Source: Heterodontus francisci (taxonomy: Eukaryota). Taken from it: 64,000 nucleotides of DNA. Under the pieces are notes generated by a model, which was not told the origin of the DNA, did no database searches, and worked only from the letters and a program-made list of their open reading frames with translations. Within the stretch, counting starts at the first letter, position 1, and the number at the start of each line of letters is the position of its first letter. Below are positions 1 through 12,825 of the stretch, one piece after another. Position numbers and translations under genes: made by a program. The stretch is from assembly GCF_036365525.1 (NCBI RefSeq), contig NC_090402.1, forward strand, positions 7,295,001 through 7,359,000. Reading direction: 5' to 3'.

Positions 1-25
1 CTGGGACCATCCTAGTCTTTAGGAC

Positions 26-288
26 TTAACCAATCAGGTCATAAGAGTAGCCATTTCTCTTGTTGATCAAGTTAAAGTTCTTATTCTCCTTCAGCTCCTC
101 CCATTCAATTTCCATGGGGACAGGTATGAACTTCTTCCAGAACTGCATAGTCAGTGGACTCTCACAGAAAGTGTAACTGGGTGAACGGTGGGCAAAGATA
201 CGTTTGAGCTCAACTGAGAAGCTACTGCAGTGAATTAGCCAATTAACACCAGTGGCCTGAATAGACTGCTCAGATTTCCTCTGTATTC
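26..288 (-). CDS. Candidate coding exon of an unidentified gene (86 open codons, IQRKSEQ...NGYSYDLIG*)
   Basis: Strong acceptor ccttctcttcAG (AG at 290-289). Only one frame is open across the exon, ending at TAA 28-26, and the sequence is non-repetitive. No homology recognised. Confidence 0.5.
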
Positions 289-329
289 CTGAAGAGAAGG
301 GATTCAGTTCTGCTCAGCATCACATACGG

Positions 330-650
330 ATTAGGAGAAGTAGGCCATTGAGCCTGCTCCGCCATTCAATAAGATCATGGCGGATCTGTTTGTGTTTCGA
401 ATTCCACACTCCCATCTACCCCCGATAACCTATGATTCCCTTGCCTAACAAGCATCAATGACCCCGCCTCCACCACCTTCTGAGGCAGGGAATTCCAAAG
501 TCGCACAACCTTCAGAAAAAATTTCTCCTCATCTCTGTCCTAAAAGGGAGACCCCTAATTTTAAAACAGTGCCCCTTAGTTCTGGACTCACCCACAAGAG
601 GAAACATCCTTTCCACAGCCACCTTGACAAGACCGTTCAGGATCTTAGCA
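330..650 (-). mobile_element. CR1 LINE 3' fragment
   Basis: Reverse complement of the CR1 3' end seen elsewhere in the window (gagcctgctccgccattcaataagatcatgg). Confidence 0.75.
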
Positions 651-659
651 CCCACCAAA

Positions 660-3495
660 TGAAATGAGGAACCCAATGTGTAGCAGGGAAGAGTTTAAAC
701 TAAATTTGAAGTGGGGTGGGCACCAGCATATAGCAGTAAAAAAGAATAGGTACGTAAAGGAATGGAAGTGTTGGATAGTACTAGAAAAGGAAGTAGAACC
801 ATATTACATAGCAGCAAACTAAGAAGGACTACGAGGAATACAAAGACAAGTTTAGAATGCATGTATGTAAACGCACAAAGCATGGTGAATAAGGTTGGTT
901 AGCTACAAGCGCAAATAGCTACGTGAGAATACAATGCAATGGCAATAATGGAAACGTGGCTTAAATACAGTGAGGACTGGGCGCATAATATTCATGGATA
1001 CACAGTGTTCAGAAAAGATAGGGAGGCAGTCCTGATTAGGGAATACATCGCAGCATTGGAAAGAGAGGATGCCATTGAAGGGCAAGGACAGAATCCATTT
1101 GGTTAGCCTTCAGCAGAAAATAAAGACTTTGATCACACTGCTGGGGTATCCCATAGGCCTCCAGATTTTGGGGGGGGGGGGAAGAGAGGAGAGGGGGAGG
1201 GGTGAGTGAGAGAGAAGCAAATCCACAGGGAAATCAGTGATGTCAGAGTAGTGATATTGGGTGACTTTTAATTACCCAAATATTGTTTGTGATAATGTTA
1301 GAGCAAAAGGAAGAGGGGCAGGAATTTCTGCAATGTGTTCAGGTGGACCAAGTGTCCATGTGAGATCACTTGGGTAAGAGTGATCATATCATAAGGTTTA
1401 GATTAGTAACAGAGAAGAGCAAGGAACAATCTAAAGTAGAACTTCTAAATTGGAAGAGGTCTAACTTCAAAGGGATATGAAGGGATCTAGCCAGGGTAAA
1501 ATGGAACCAAATTTTGGCAGGAAAAACTGTAATGGAACAATGGGTGATCTTTAAGGAAGAGATGTTTCAGGTACAGGCTAGGTACATTCCTACAAGAGGG
1601 AAAGGTACAGGAACCAAAGCCAATGCTCTTTGGATGATGAGGCAGATAGAGAGAATATGAAGAAAAAAAAAACAGACGTATGATGCATGTCAGGTGAATT
1701 CTTCAAGCGAGAAAACCAAGCCAAATACAATTGATTTAGAGGGGAAATGAAGAGGAAAATAAGACTGGCAAACAGAATCTGAGAATAGAATGGCAGTTAA
1801 CATAAAAGGGAACACAAAAATCTCTAGCAGCATGTAAATAGCAAGCAGTCAGTAAGAGGTAGGGTGGAGTCTGTAGGGTCAAAGGAGGAGATAAATGTTC
1901 AGAGGTCGAGGGCAAAGCTAGAATACTTAATGAGCACTTTGTATCAGAGGATGCTGACAAAAGTATCAGTAGAAGCAAAGATGGTAGTGGAAATGGATGG
2001 GATGATAACTGATAGGCAGAATGTACTGGAAAGGCTGGGTTATGATTAGAGTGGAAAAGTCGCTTGATCAGGATGGCTTGCATCCCATGTTACTAAAGCA
2101 AGCTGGAGTGGAGATAGCAGAAGGGCTTGCCATAATCTTCCCTAGTTACAGGGGAGGTGCCAGATGACTGGAGAGTGGCAACTGTAACATCCTTGTTTAA
2201 GAAAGTTTGTAAGGGCATTGCTAGTAACTACAGTCTGCCAGTTTAACATCAGTAAGGTTTTGATTTGAGCTAATGTAGGATACCCAACACAGATTTGTAA
2301 AAGGCAGATCAAGTTTGACTAATCTAATTTAATTTTTTGATCAAGTGACAGAGAAGGTTGATGAATGGAATATACAATGGATGTTATCTATATGGAATTT
2401 AAGAAAGCATTTGACAAAGTACCACATAAAAGGTTGGATAACAAAATTGAGGCTCATGAAATGGGAGGGTCAGTGTCAGCTTGGTTTAAGGACAGAAAAC
2501 AGCAAGTAAATGTTTTTTCAGACTGGAGGATGGTAGACAGTGGCAATCCTCAAGTGTCAGTGCTAGGACCATAAAAATGAATTGGATATTGGAATGCAAA
2601 GTAAAATTTCAAAACAGTGGGGACGATACAACTCAACCGCAACAGGACATAAAGGCTAGCAGAATGGGCAGGAAAGTGGCAGATGGAATTTAATACAGAG
2701 AAACGTGAAGTGATGCACTTTGGCAGAAGGGATATGGAGAGTCAATATAGATTTAATGGCATAGTTCTAAACAGTGTGCAGGGACAGAGGGATCTGAGGA
2801 TTCACGTGCCAGATCTTTGAAGGTGGCAGGACATATTGAGAGTAGTCCGCAAAGCAAATGGGATCTTGGGTTTCATAAATAGAGGTATTGAAGACAAAAG
2901 CAGGGAAGTTATGCTGAACCTTTATGAAGCTCTAGTTAAGCCCCAACTAGAGTAGTGTGTCTAGTTCTGGTCACCACACTTTAGGAAGGATATGAAGGTC
3001 TTTGAGAGGGTGCGGAGAAGATTTACCAGAACGGTTCCAGGGATGAGGGAATATAGCTACAAAGTTAGGTTGGAGAAGCTGGGAGTGCTGCCCTTGGAGC
3101 AAAGGAGGTTGAGGGAAGATCTGCTTGAGGTGTACACCAAGATGATGACAGGTTTAGATAAGGTAGACAAAGAAAAGCTGTTCCCATTAGCTGATGGCAC
3201 AAGGACTACAGCATAGAGATTTAAAGTTTTGGGCACGATTATACAGACAAAATGTGAGTAAGAACTTTTTTTTAAAAACGTAATGAGTGGCAATGACTTA
3301 GAACTTGCTACTTACGAAGGTGGTGGACGCAGAGACGATGATGATTTTGTAAGAAAATTGGAGACACACAAGGGAAATAAACTTGCAGGGCTACAGGACA
3401 GAGCAAAGGAATGGGACTGACTGGACAGCTCTACAGAATTGTCATGGATTCGATAGGCCGAGTGGCTGCCTTCAATGCCGCAATGACTCAAAGCC
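660..3495 (+). mobile_element. Degenerate CR1 LINE (ORF2 endonuclease plus reverse transcriptase remnants)
   Basis: Broken ORFs with CR1 motifs: [37 protein letters not shown]...RRLREDLLEVY. Many frameshifts and stops. Confidence 0.9.
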
Positions 3496-4146
3496 ACAGA
3501 CCAGCATGAGCTCATTGTTCAGTAACAACATACAAATACAGACTGTTATTAGCCTGCCTCAATCTATTGTATACCTACACTTAAGTCAAGCTTTTGAAAT
3601 ACTGTGCTTACTGGAAGGAGGCCATACTTTGGATTTGAGAGATATGGGAAACTGGGACAATAGGAAGAGCAGAGAAACACTTATAAGCAGCAGTCACATT
3701 AAACAGGCACAGGATGGTCTTTTCCAGGGGCCCTCAACCCAACAACAACTTGTATTTACATAGCGTCTTTTTTTAACATCCCAAGGGGCTTCACATGAGC
3801 ATTAAAAAGCAAAATTTGACACCGAACCATTCAAAACAATATTAGGGCAGATGGTCAAAAGCTGAGTCAGAGGTAGGTTTTAAGGATTGTCTTAAAGGAG
3901 GAAAGAGACGTAAAGAGGCAGAGAGATTTAGGAAGGGAATTCCAGAACCTAGGGCCCAGGCAGCTGAAGGCACGGTACCAATGGTGGGGCAATTAAAATT
4001 GGGGAAGCTTAAGAGACCAGAATTAGACGAGCGCAGATATCTTAAGAGCGTTGTGGGGCTGGAGGAGATTACAAAGATAGGGAGTGGGGAGGCCATGGAG
4101 GGCTTAGAAAACAAGGATGAGAATTTTTAAATCGAGGCTTTGCTGA

Positions 4147-7100
4147 GTGAGGAGTGTTGGGAGAGGCTTCATTGAAAAGAGCGCGGAGAACGGGGGAGGC
4201 TTCATTGAAAAAAGAGCGCGGAGAACGGAAGAGGCTTCATTGAAACGAGCGCGGAGAACGGGAGAGGCTTTATTGAAAAGAGTGGGAAGAGGCTATCCTC
4301 TATCCTATCGGATCGTCTGTTCAGTAAAACGAGCTCTTTCAAGAAAATCAAGTGTGACATCATGGGCAAGCAGGCAGGTAATTGGTCGGAGAAGAAGCTA
4401 CCCATTTGGTGAGTATTTGGTAAGTGGTTAAGGTCTATTCTAATCCTAATGTTTAAAATAGTAAAGAAACTAGTGGTAAGCTTAATATTCATTAAAAAAA
4501 AGGAAAATAATTGAATAGAATAATTTAGTTAATTGAAACACATTAAGGATGGCAGGACAGGTGATGTGTCACAGCTGCAGCATGTGGGAGCTCCTGGATG
4601 CCAGTGTGATCCAGAGCAAACACGTCTGCAGTAAGTGTTTGCGGCTCGAAGAGCTTCAGCTCAGAGTCATTGAACTGGAAGTCGAGCTGCAACACTGCAA
4701 CACATCAGGGAGGGGGAAAGTTACCTGGACACTTTGTACTAAAAGGCGGTCACACCCCTTAGGATAGGGTCTTCTGATTTGGTCAGTGGTCAGGGACAGG
4801 AGAGTGTGGCTGCAACTGAGGCAAGTAAGGGGTCCCAGAGGGCAGGAGTCTCAGCCTTTGCGATTGTCAAACAGGTTTGAGGTTCTTTCAGCTTGTTTGG
4901 ATGAGAGTGGGGGCTGCAGGGTGGATGAGCAACCTGACCATGGTACAGGAAGCCATTCAAGTGGAGGGAGAAAAAAGGAATGCAGTGGTAGTAGAGGACA
5001 GCATAGTTAGGGGGATTGACACTGTTCTGTACAGCAAAGAGTGAGAGTCCAGACAGCTGTGTTGCCTGTCTGGTGCCAGGGTTCGGGGCATCTGCTCAGG
5101 GCTGGAGAGGAACTTACAGTGGGGGAGGAGGATCCAGTTGTCGTGGTCCATGTAGCTCCCAACAACATAGGCAGGACAAGGAAAGAGGTTCTACATAGTC
5201 AGTTTGTCAGTATGAGGAACTGGGCACCAAATTAAGAAGCAGAACCTGAAGGTAATAATCTCTGGATTATTACCTGAGCCACGTGCAAATTGGCATAGGG
5301 CAAATAAGATTAGAGAAATTAATGCGTGGTCTAAGACTGGTGTGGTAGACGTGGGTTCCGGTTCGTGGGGCATTGGCACCAGTATTGGGGAAAGTGGTGG
5401 CTGTACCGTTGGGATGGTTTACACCTGAACCGTGCTGGGGCTGGTGTTCTAATGAGCCGCATAACTAGGGAAGTAGAGAAGATTTTAAATTGAATAGTGG
5501 AGGCAAGGGATCAAATTTGGGAAGGTATGTTAAATCAAGGAGTAGAGACAAGGCAAGAGAGAAAGGTATTAATATGGGAAATGACAAACAGACTGTGACA
5601 GGAAGGGACAGAGTGTACGAATCTAAGAGCAAATCAACAGAAAAGGCTAGAGGTTACAAAAATAATAAAAAGGACAAAACTAAAGGCACTGTATCTGAAT
5701 GCACATAGCATTCAAAACAAAACAGATGAACTGAGAGCGCTAATAGAAATAAATAAGTACGATCTGATGGCCATTACAGAGACATGGCTGCAGGATGACA
5801 TAGATTGGGACCTGAATATTGAAGGGTGCATGGCATTTAGGAAGGACAGGAAGCTAGGAAAAGGTAGAGGAGTAGCTCTGTTAATTAATGATGGTATTAG
5901 AAGAGAGGGATGACCTAAATTCATGAAACCAGGATGCAGGAGCAGGTTGGGTAGAGATGAGAAATCTTAAAGGCAAGAAGTTGCTTGTGGGAGTGCTGTT
6001 CAGGCCACCTAACATTAAACACACTTTAGGACAGGGTATGAAGGAAGAAATAATGGCAGCTTGTCAGAAAGGTACGGCGATAATTATGGGGGATTTTAAC
6101 CTACACATAGACTGGAATAATCAGATGGGCAGAGGTAGCCTAGATGAGGAGTAGAGAGAATGTTTTCGGGATAATTTCTTGGAACAGTGTGTTCTGGAGC
6201 CAGAGAGTAGGCTATACTAGACCTGGTATTGTGCAACAAGATAGGATTAATGACCTCATAGTTAAGGCGCCCCTAGGTAGCAGCGATCATAATATGATTG
6301 AATTTTACAGTTTGAGGGAGAGAAGAGTGGGTCCAAGACGAGTATTTTAAACTTAAATAAGGGAAATTATGAGGGCATGAAAGCAGAGCTAGCTAAAGTG
6401 AACTGGCAAATTGGGTTAAGGGATAAGTCAACAGAGATGCAGTGGCAGACATTTAAGGGGATATTTCAGAATACACAGAATATATACATTTCAATGATAA
6501 AGAAAAATTCCAAGGGTGGGACCCACCATCTGTGGTTAACTAAAGCAGTTAAAAGATAGTATCAAACTTAAAGAAAAAGCCTATAATTGCACAAAGATGG
6601 GAGGCAGGTCAGAAGATGGGACAGAATATAAAATACAGCAAAGAAGGACTAAAAGATTGATAAGCAAGGTAAAATTAGAGTACGAGAGAAAGCTAGCTAG
6701 AAATATAAAGACAGATAGTAAGAGTTTCTATAGATATTTTAAAAAAGAGTTAACAAAGTGAGCGTTGGTCCTATAAAAAGTGAGTCTGGGGAATTAATAA
6801 TGAATAATAAGGAGATGGCAGATGAATTGAACAGGTATTTTGCATCAGTCTTCACTATAGAGGATACAAGTAACATCCCAGAATTAGCTGTAAGTCAGGA
6901 AATGGAAGGGAGGGAGGAATACAAGAAAATTACAATCACCAAGGAAGTGGTACTGAACAAATTGTTGGAGCTGCAGGCTGACAAGTCCCCGAGTCCTGAT
7001 GGACTTCACCTAAGGTGTTAAATGAAGTGGCTAGTGAGATAGTTGATGCATTAGTTTTAATTTTCCAAAATTCCCTAGATTCGGGGAAGGTTCCGTTAGA

Positions 7101-8550
7101 TTGGAAAATAGTGACTGTAACTCCTTTACTCAAAAAAAAAAAGGAGACAGAAAGCAAGAAACTACAGGCCAGTTAGCTTAACATTTGTCATAGGGAAAAT
7201 GTTAGAAGCTATGACTAAAGATTTTATAGCAGGATACTTAGAAAAATTCAAGGTAATCAGACAGAGTCAGCATGGTTTTGTGAAAGGGAAATCATGTTTA
7301 ACCAATTTACTGGAGTTCTTTAAGGGAGTTACATGTGCTGTAGATGAAGGGGAACTGGTGCATGTAGTGTATTTAGATTTCCAGAAGGCATTTGATAAGG
7401 TGCCACATCAAAGGTTATTGCAGAAAATAAAAGCTCATGCCATCGGGGGTAATATATTGGCATGGATAGAAGATTGGCTAGCTAACGGGAAACAAAGAGT
7501 AGACATAAATGGGCCATTTTCTGGTTGGCAAGATGTAATGAGTGGTGTACCACAGGGATCTGTGCTGGGCCCTCAACTTTTTACAATTTACATAACTGAC
7601 TTAGAAGAAGGGACCGAAGGTATGGTTGCTAAATTTGCAGATGACACAAAGATAGGTGGAAAGAAACTTGTGAAGAGGACGCAAGGAGGCTACAAATAGA
7701 TATAGATAGGTTAAGTGAGAGGGTAAAGACCTGGCAAATGGAGTAGAATGGGGGAAAATGTGGAATTGCCCATTTTGGTAGGAAGAATAAAAAAAAAGAT
7801 TATCTAAATGGCGAGAGATTGCAGAGTTCTGAGATGCAGAGGGATCTGGGTGTCCTAGTGCATGAATCGCAAAAAGTTATTATGCAGGTACAGCACGTAA
7901 TTAGGAAAGCTAATGGAATGTTATCGTTTATCAGAAGGGGAATTGAGAACAAAAGTAGGGAGGTTCAGCTTCAGCTATACAGGGCATTGGTGAGACCACA
8001 TCTGGAGTACTGTATACAGCACTGGTCTCCTTATTTAAGGAAGGATGTAAATGCGTTGGAGGCAGTACAGAAAAGGTTTACTAGACTAATACCTGCAATG
8101 GACGAGCTGTCTTACGAGGAAAGATTGGACAGGCTAGGCTTGTATCCACTGAAGTTTAGAAGAGTAAGAGGCGACTTGATTGAAGTATACAAGATCCTGA
8201 GGGGTCTGGACAGGGTGGACGTAGAAAGGATGTTTTCCCTTGTGGGAGAATCTAGAAATAAGGGTTAATGTTTAAAAATAAGGGGTCACCCATTTAAGAC
8301 AGAGATGAGGAGAAATTGTTCTGAGGGTCGTGAGCCTTTGGAATTCTCTTCCTCAAAAGGCAGTGGAAGCAGAGTCTTTGAATATTTTTAAGGCAGAGGT
8401 AAATAGATTCTTGATAAGCAAGGGGGGTGAAAGGTCATCAGGGGTAGCTGGAAATTTGGAGTAATCAGTTCAGCCATGAACTTATTGAATGACAGAGCAG
8501 GCTCGAGGGGCCGAGTGGCCTACTCCTGCTCCTAATTCATATGTTCATGT
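4147..8550 (+). mobile_element. Apparently full-length, decayed CR1 LINE (5'UTR, ORF1 zinc finger/zipper plus esterase, ORF2 APE-RT, 3' tail)
   Basis: ORF1 starts at 4549 (CHSC...CSKC plus leucine zipper) with SGNH-esterase-like pieces (DSIVRG, VVVVHV, DGLHLN). ORF2 has [45 protein letters not shown]. Tail cctactcctgctcct at about 8520. Confidence 0.93.
4159..4288 (+). repeat. About 33-35 bp tandem repeat, roughly 4 copies, in the CR1 5'UTR
   Basis: Unit gggagaggcttcattgaaaagagcgcggagaac read directly from the sequence. Confidence 0.9.
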
Positions 8551-9287
8551 TAACTGGGAGCTAATGTAGGCCAGTGAGCAGAGGGGTGACGGCCAAATGG
8601 CTCTTGGCGCAAGTAAGGACTTGGGCAGCAGAGTTTCGAATGACCAAGTTGAGGGAGGGTAAAATGTGGGAGGCCGATCAGGAGTGCGTTGGAATAGTCA
8701 AACCTAGAGGTAACAAAGGCATAGATGAAGGCTTCAGCATCAGATGAGCTGAAACAGGGGCGGGTCAGGCAATGTTACAGAAGTGGAAATAAGTCTTTGT
8801 GATGGCGCAATTGGTGAGAAGCTCACCAATTTGACTCTTGGAGTCAAATGTAACACCAAGTTTGCAAACAGTCTGATTACCTCAAACAGTTGCCAGGGAG
8901 AGGGATGGAGTTGGAAACTAGGGAACGGAGTTTGCAACGGGAACTGAAGACAATGACTTCAATCTTCCCAGTAATTTACTGGAGGAAATGTCTGTTCATC
9001 CAGTATTGAATGTCGCACAAGCAGTCTGATAATTCAACAACGGTGGAGGAGTCGAGAGAGATGTTGGTGAAGGAGAGTTGGGTGTTGTCCGCATTCCCCC
9101 TTTGGAGTCAGGTGGACACCAAACTTAGTGTCAACGTGAAGCAGAAACTACAGTATAACTGCATCCTAAACACAAAAACCACAAACATGTCCGAAAGAAT
9201 CTTTAGTGCAAACCTCCCATTTGTAGCCAACATCTCTTACTGATGTTTTTCCTGGTGGAATCCACGGGACCTTGGGCTTTACCTTAC

Positions 9288-9333
9288 TGGTTGCTCGTAG
9301 GTTGCCACATTCCCAGGCTCCTTTCAGCTTTTG
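9288..9333 (-). other. Candidate small internal exon (46 nt, or 51 nt with the alternative donor ending at 9283)
   Basis: Acceptor tttcccttttaatgtgtAG (9335-9334). Two donors: cca|GTAAGG (9287-9286) and aag|GTAAAG (9282-9281). Phase-0 frame QKLKGAWECGNLRAT is open. Confidence 0.5.
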
Positions 9334-10211
9334 CTACACATTAAAAGGGAAATAGGTTAAATGGTGCAATAAGTTGTCACATTTTAACAGAGGACATTTT
9401 GTCAAGCAACAGTCCTTTGGAAACTGCAGTCTGCCAGTGCAAATATTGGCTTGTAAAACTGCATTTTGGCAGATGTGAAATTCTAACTGTCATTCAAAAT
9501 AGAATCTAGTAAATAAATTGCAATTTCTATTAAATAAGATTGGAATTCATGTTATTTGATATAATTTGCATTGACAGTGGTGGGAAGAGAGATAAATAGA
9601 CAGAACGTGCACAAATCAGGGAAGAGTGCAAGCACACAAGACAGCAAGTGAGAGACACAGACTAATTTTTTTTGTTTTATTTACAAAAGCTAAGTGATTA
9701 CCTGGATTTTCTTTGTTGGCCTTGGACTCTTTCTAACATGAACATGAACAGGGGTAGTTTCATCGACATGAACATGAAGCAGAGGAGAGGTCCTGGTTTT
9801 CATTTCTCTTCTCAGCTGATCCAAAGGAACACAAACAAACAGATTACCTATGGCTCATCTAAGGATTGAGGGGGTTGATAAAGGAAATGTTTCTTTTACA
9901 CAGTATTCAGGATAGCGCAATGAAATACAACACTAATTTCACCTCGAGGACTCAGTTGAATTCAGCTCATACTAATGGGAGACACAACAATACACAATTA
10001 TAAAGGTGATTTTCTTTTCAACTCCACAGGGATCAAGTTGCTCCAAACCAATTCAGAGGTCAATCTAAAACATCAGCCCACTCTATAGTGAATGGAGCTT
10101 CGGCAGAACATTTGCTGCCATCCCTAAAACAGCTTCCTGAAGTATCTAAGGAAGCACAACCAAAACATTGACCTCCACAAATTTATATACATATAACTAT
10201 ATCACATACTT

Positions 10212-11820
10212 CAGGAACATAAGAACAGGGGTAGGCCAATCAGCCCCCGAAGCCTGTTCTGCCAAACATATTATGACTGATCTGTATCTCAATTCCATTG
10301 ACCCACCTTTGATCGACAACCCTAGATCTGCTGATCCAACCAAAAAAACCCAACTAAAATCAGTCTTCAAACTTTAAATTGACCCAGCGTTCACATCCTT
10401 TTAGGTGAAGAGCATTCGAGATTTCCACCACCCGTTGTATGAAAAAGTGCTTCCTCATTCCTTTCCTGAATGATCTAGCTCTAATTCTAAGATTGTACCC
10501 CACTTCTAGATTCCCCCATCAGAGGAAATAGATTCTTTGTACCTACCTTATCAAACCTTTTGGTCATTTTAAACAATTCGATTAGATCAACTCTCCACCT
10601 TCTAAATACAAGGGAATGCAAACCATGTTTTGTACAACTATTATGAATGCTATACTTTGCAGTACGATTATGTTTTTAAAAACTGTGATTTTTAATGTAG
10701 TGTAAGGAGGATTCGGAGAAGACATGTGACCTCACACCAACTATAACTACAGACAAGACAGGGATCTTGGTTACCATGTGAATAAGAAACCAAAGCAAAG
10801 GCCCTTTTAAAAGCAGAATGCAAGGTTGGAACACCTGAAAAACAATGGGTTTCGCTCTCCCAGACTCTGAGATCATAAACAGGGAGCCAGGAGCCCTGAA
10901 GGTGCAAACAAACACGAGCTGAAATTTCAAATACCTGGAAACAAAGGAAGGTCTGGGTGGTTCTGCTGTGGCCAGACTTGTGGGCTCTACATAATTGAAA
11001 AAGGCAAATGAGTACTGACTTTTGACTCTGGATAAATTCAACAGGCATCCAGAAATCTGGAGGCTGTAAGGAAGACACAAAGACCAGCAGTGGGAGTCTC
11101 AGAAGAGAGAGAGATATAAAATATTGGCTCTTATAACACTGATACAGTGAAAGATTACTCAGACTTGAATCCAATTCAAAAGCTGAGGTTTACAGAGAAA
11201 AAAAAAACCAATGGGGTCACCAGAGATTGCCTCATTCACAAAAGTCCAGGCTGAAAGTGCTTGGATGAAGTGAACAAAGAGGACATTGACTTTGTGAAGG
11301 ACTGGACATCCAACCTACTGCAACTGCAAGGACATTGGGACTTTTAACTGCAAAGATAGATATTGCTTCAATGAGGACACTGCGTAATGTATAAATGTGG
11401 TATGGAGTTTTCAAGTGTTTTAAGTGCATTTTATTGTATTAGCTACGTACAAAGTGCTGTCTAGTTAATGCAGATTTTTAGTTTAATTATTATAGCAAAA
11501 GTCTTAAAATGTGAAATCTTGTTGCGTACTTCGTTAAATTGGTCTGGGGAGCTCATATCTCGTGTTGCAACGTTAATCGTCTCACTGGGGTCATAACAGC
11601 AACCTGTCCTCATAAATTAAACTCTTCAGCTCTGGTAGCATTCTGCTGAATCTGCATTGCACCCCCTCCAAAGGGGAATATATCCAAGAATAATTTTTTT
11701 AAAAACCATCTTGAGGTGCAGTGTCCAGAACTGAATGCAGTACACCAGATGGGGGCTGACCAAGGCCTTGCACAAGTGAAGTTTAACTCCCTCCCCTTTG
11801 CATTGCAACCCTGAGATGGA
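10212..11820 (-). mobile_element. CR1 3' fragment (10212-10638 and 11599-11820) interrupted by an insertion
   Basis: CR1 3' sequence on both sides; the ORF at 11626-11871 retains ALVSPHLVYCIQFW. Confidence 0.75.
10639..11598. mobile_element. Probable solo LTR (about 960 bp)
   Basis: Termini TATTATGA...TCATAACA (7/8 inverted match, TG...CA-like). Flanking 5-bp near-duplication acaac/gcaac. Cleanly interrupts a CR1 fragment. Confidence 0.6.
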
Positions 11821-12306
11821 CATTTTATAAATATTGATTATATAAGGTAAGAATCTTGCATCTATGTACATTCATTGGAAATTCTGATGCACACACTTAT
11901 AATGGAAATTGCCCATATAAATTTTTCATGTTGCAATCATACCCCCTATCAGTTATGGCTGTCTTACATCTCCTGGATCCTCAGGTTTCTCTGCATTATA
12001 GACTATGTTCCATTGAACTCTACTGCTACTATTTAACTATGGGCAATAATAGAATGTAATATAAAAATAAAGACAGAATTATCCCCTGTCCTCTAATTCT
12101 AATATGCCTGAAGACTGGACATAGGGGGTGGAAACCAAATGGAATGTCACAAGAGATGGACTAGTTCTTCAAAAATAAACATTTTTTGCTGTTTCGTCTA
12201 AGTCTGAAATATCTTTTCTCTAGAGCAGATATCAAGCAATTTGCCTTTAACAAACAGAAAATACTGGAAAAACTTAGGTCAGGCAGCACCTGTTGGGAGA
12301 AAACAG

Positions 12307-12342
12307 AGCTAACATTTCAGGTCGATGACCTTTCATCAGAAT
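12307..12342 (-). ncRNA. Minimal hammerhead ribozyme-like motif in a Penelope-like short repeat
   Basis: Minus strand reads attCTGATGA aaggtc-atc-gacct GAAA tgtt agct. Confidence 0.5.
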
Positions 12343-12409
12343 CTGCCTTTAACTGCCTATTAGACTACTCCTCCATAGAAGAGTATCTTGGTAGTGGGCT
12401 TAAGGAATG

Positions 12410-12825
12410 ATATTGGAGCTTAGAGGGTTAAATTATGAAGAAAGGTTGCAGAAACTTGCTTGCATTCCCTTGAGCATAGAAGATTTAGGAGTAATGTGTG
12501 ATTAAAATATTAAAAGGATTTGATAGAGTAGATACGGAGAGACTATTTCCTCTGATGGGGAAATCAAAAGCAAGGGGAGACAATCTTAAAATTGGAACTA
12601 GGCCATTCTGGACATGCTTTTTCCCACAACGGGGAATAGAAATGTGGAAGTTACGCCCAAAAGGCTGTGGATTCTGGGTCAAATAAAGCTTTCATGCCAA
12701 TGATTTTTGGTAGGTCAGGGTAACAATGGATATGGAGCAAAGGCAGGTAAATGGAGTGGAGGTGTAGATCAGTCATTATCTAACTGAATGGCAGAGGCGG
12801 CTCGAGGGGTTAAATGTTCATGTTT
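12410..12825 (+). mobile_element. CR1 3' fragment
   Basis: KILKGFDRVDTERLFPL...FFPQRG followed by a CR1 3'UTR. Confidence 0.8.

Larger units (their letters stand above)
3740..9095 (-). mobile_element. L2-type LINE 3' portion (3740-4146 and 8551-9095), split by the CR1 insertion
   Basis: Same repeat as 26130-26670 and 57070-57650. The L2 sequence resumes directly after the CR1 tail at about 8551. Confidence 0.7.

Noticed and set aside
1-10. Naming the gene that starts MVP at position 10 (for example NAIF1 or LRRC8A by synteny)
   Set aside because: Only three codons are visible, which cannot support a gene symbol.
4159-4288. Direct repeats of about 34 bp resembling a CRISPR array
   Set aside because: The units are contiguous with no unique spacers, there are no cas genes, and they lie in a LINE 5'UTR in vertebrate DNA.
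7199-8268. Reverse transcriptase ORFs as an active element or a retron-like system
   Set aside because: These are ordinary CR1 ORF2 pieces broken by frameshifts and stops.
10676-11174. Overlapping 134-aa and 160-aa ORFs inside the LTR-like block
   Set aside because: No gag, pol or env motifs and non-ATG starts; probably chance frames.
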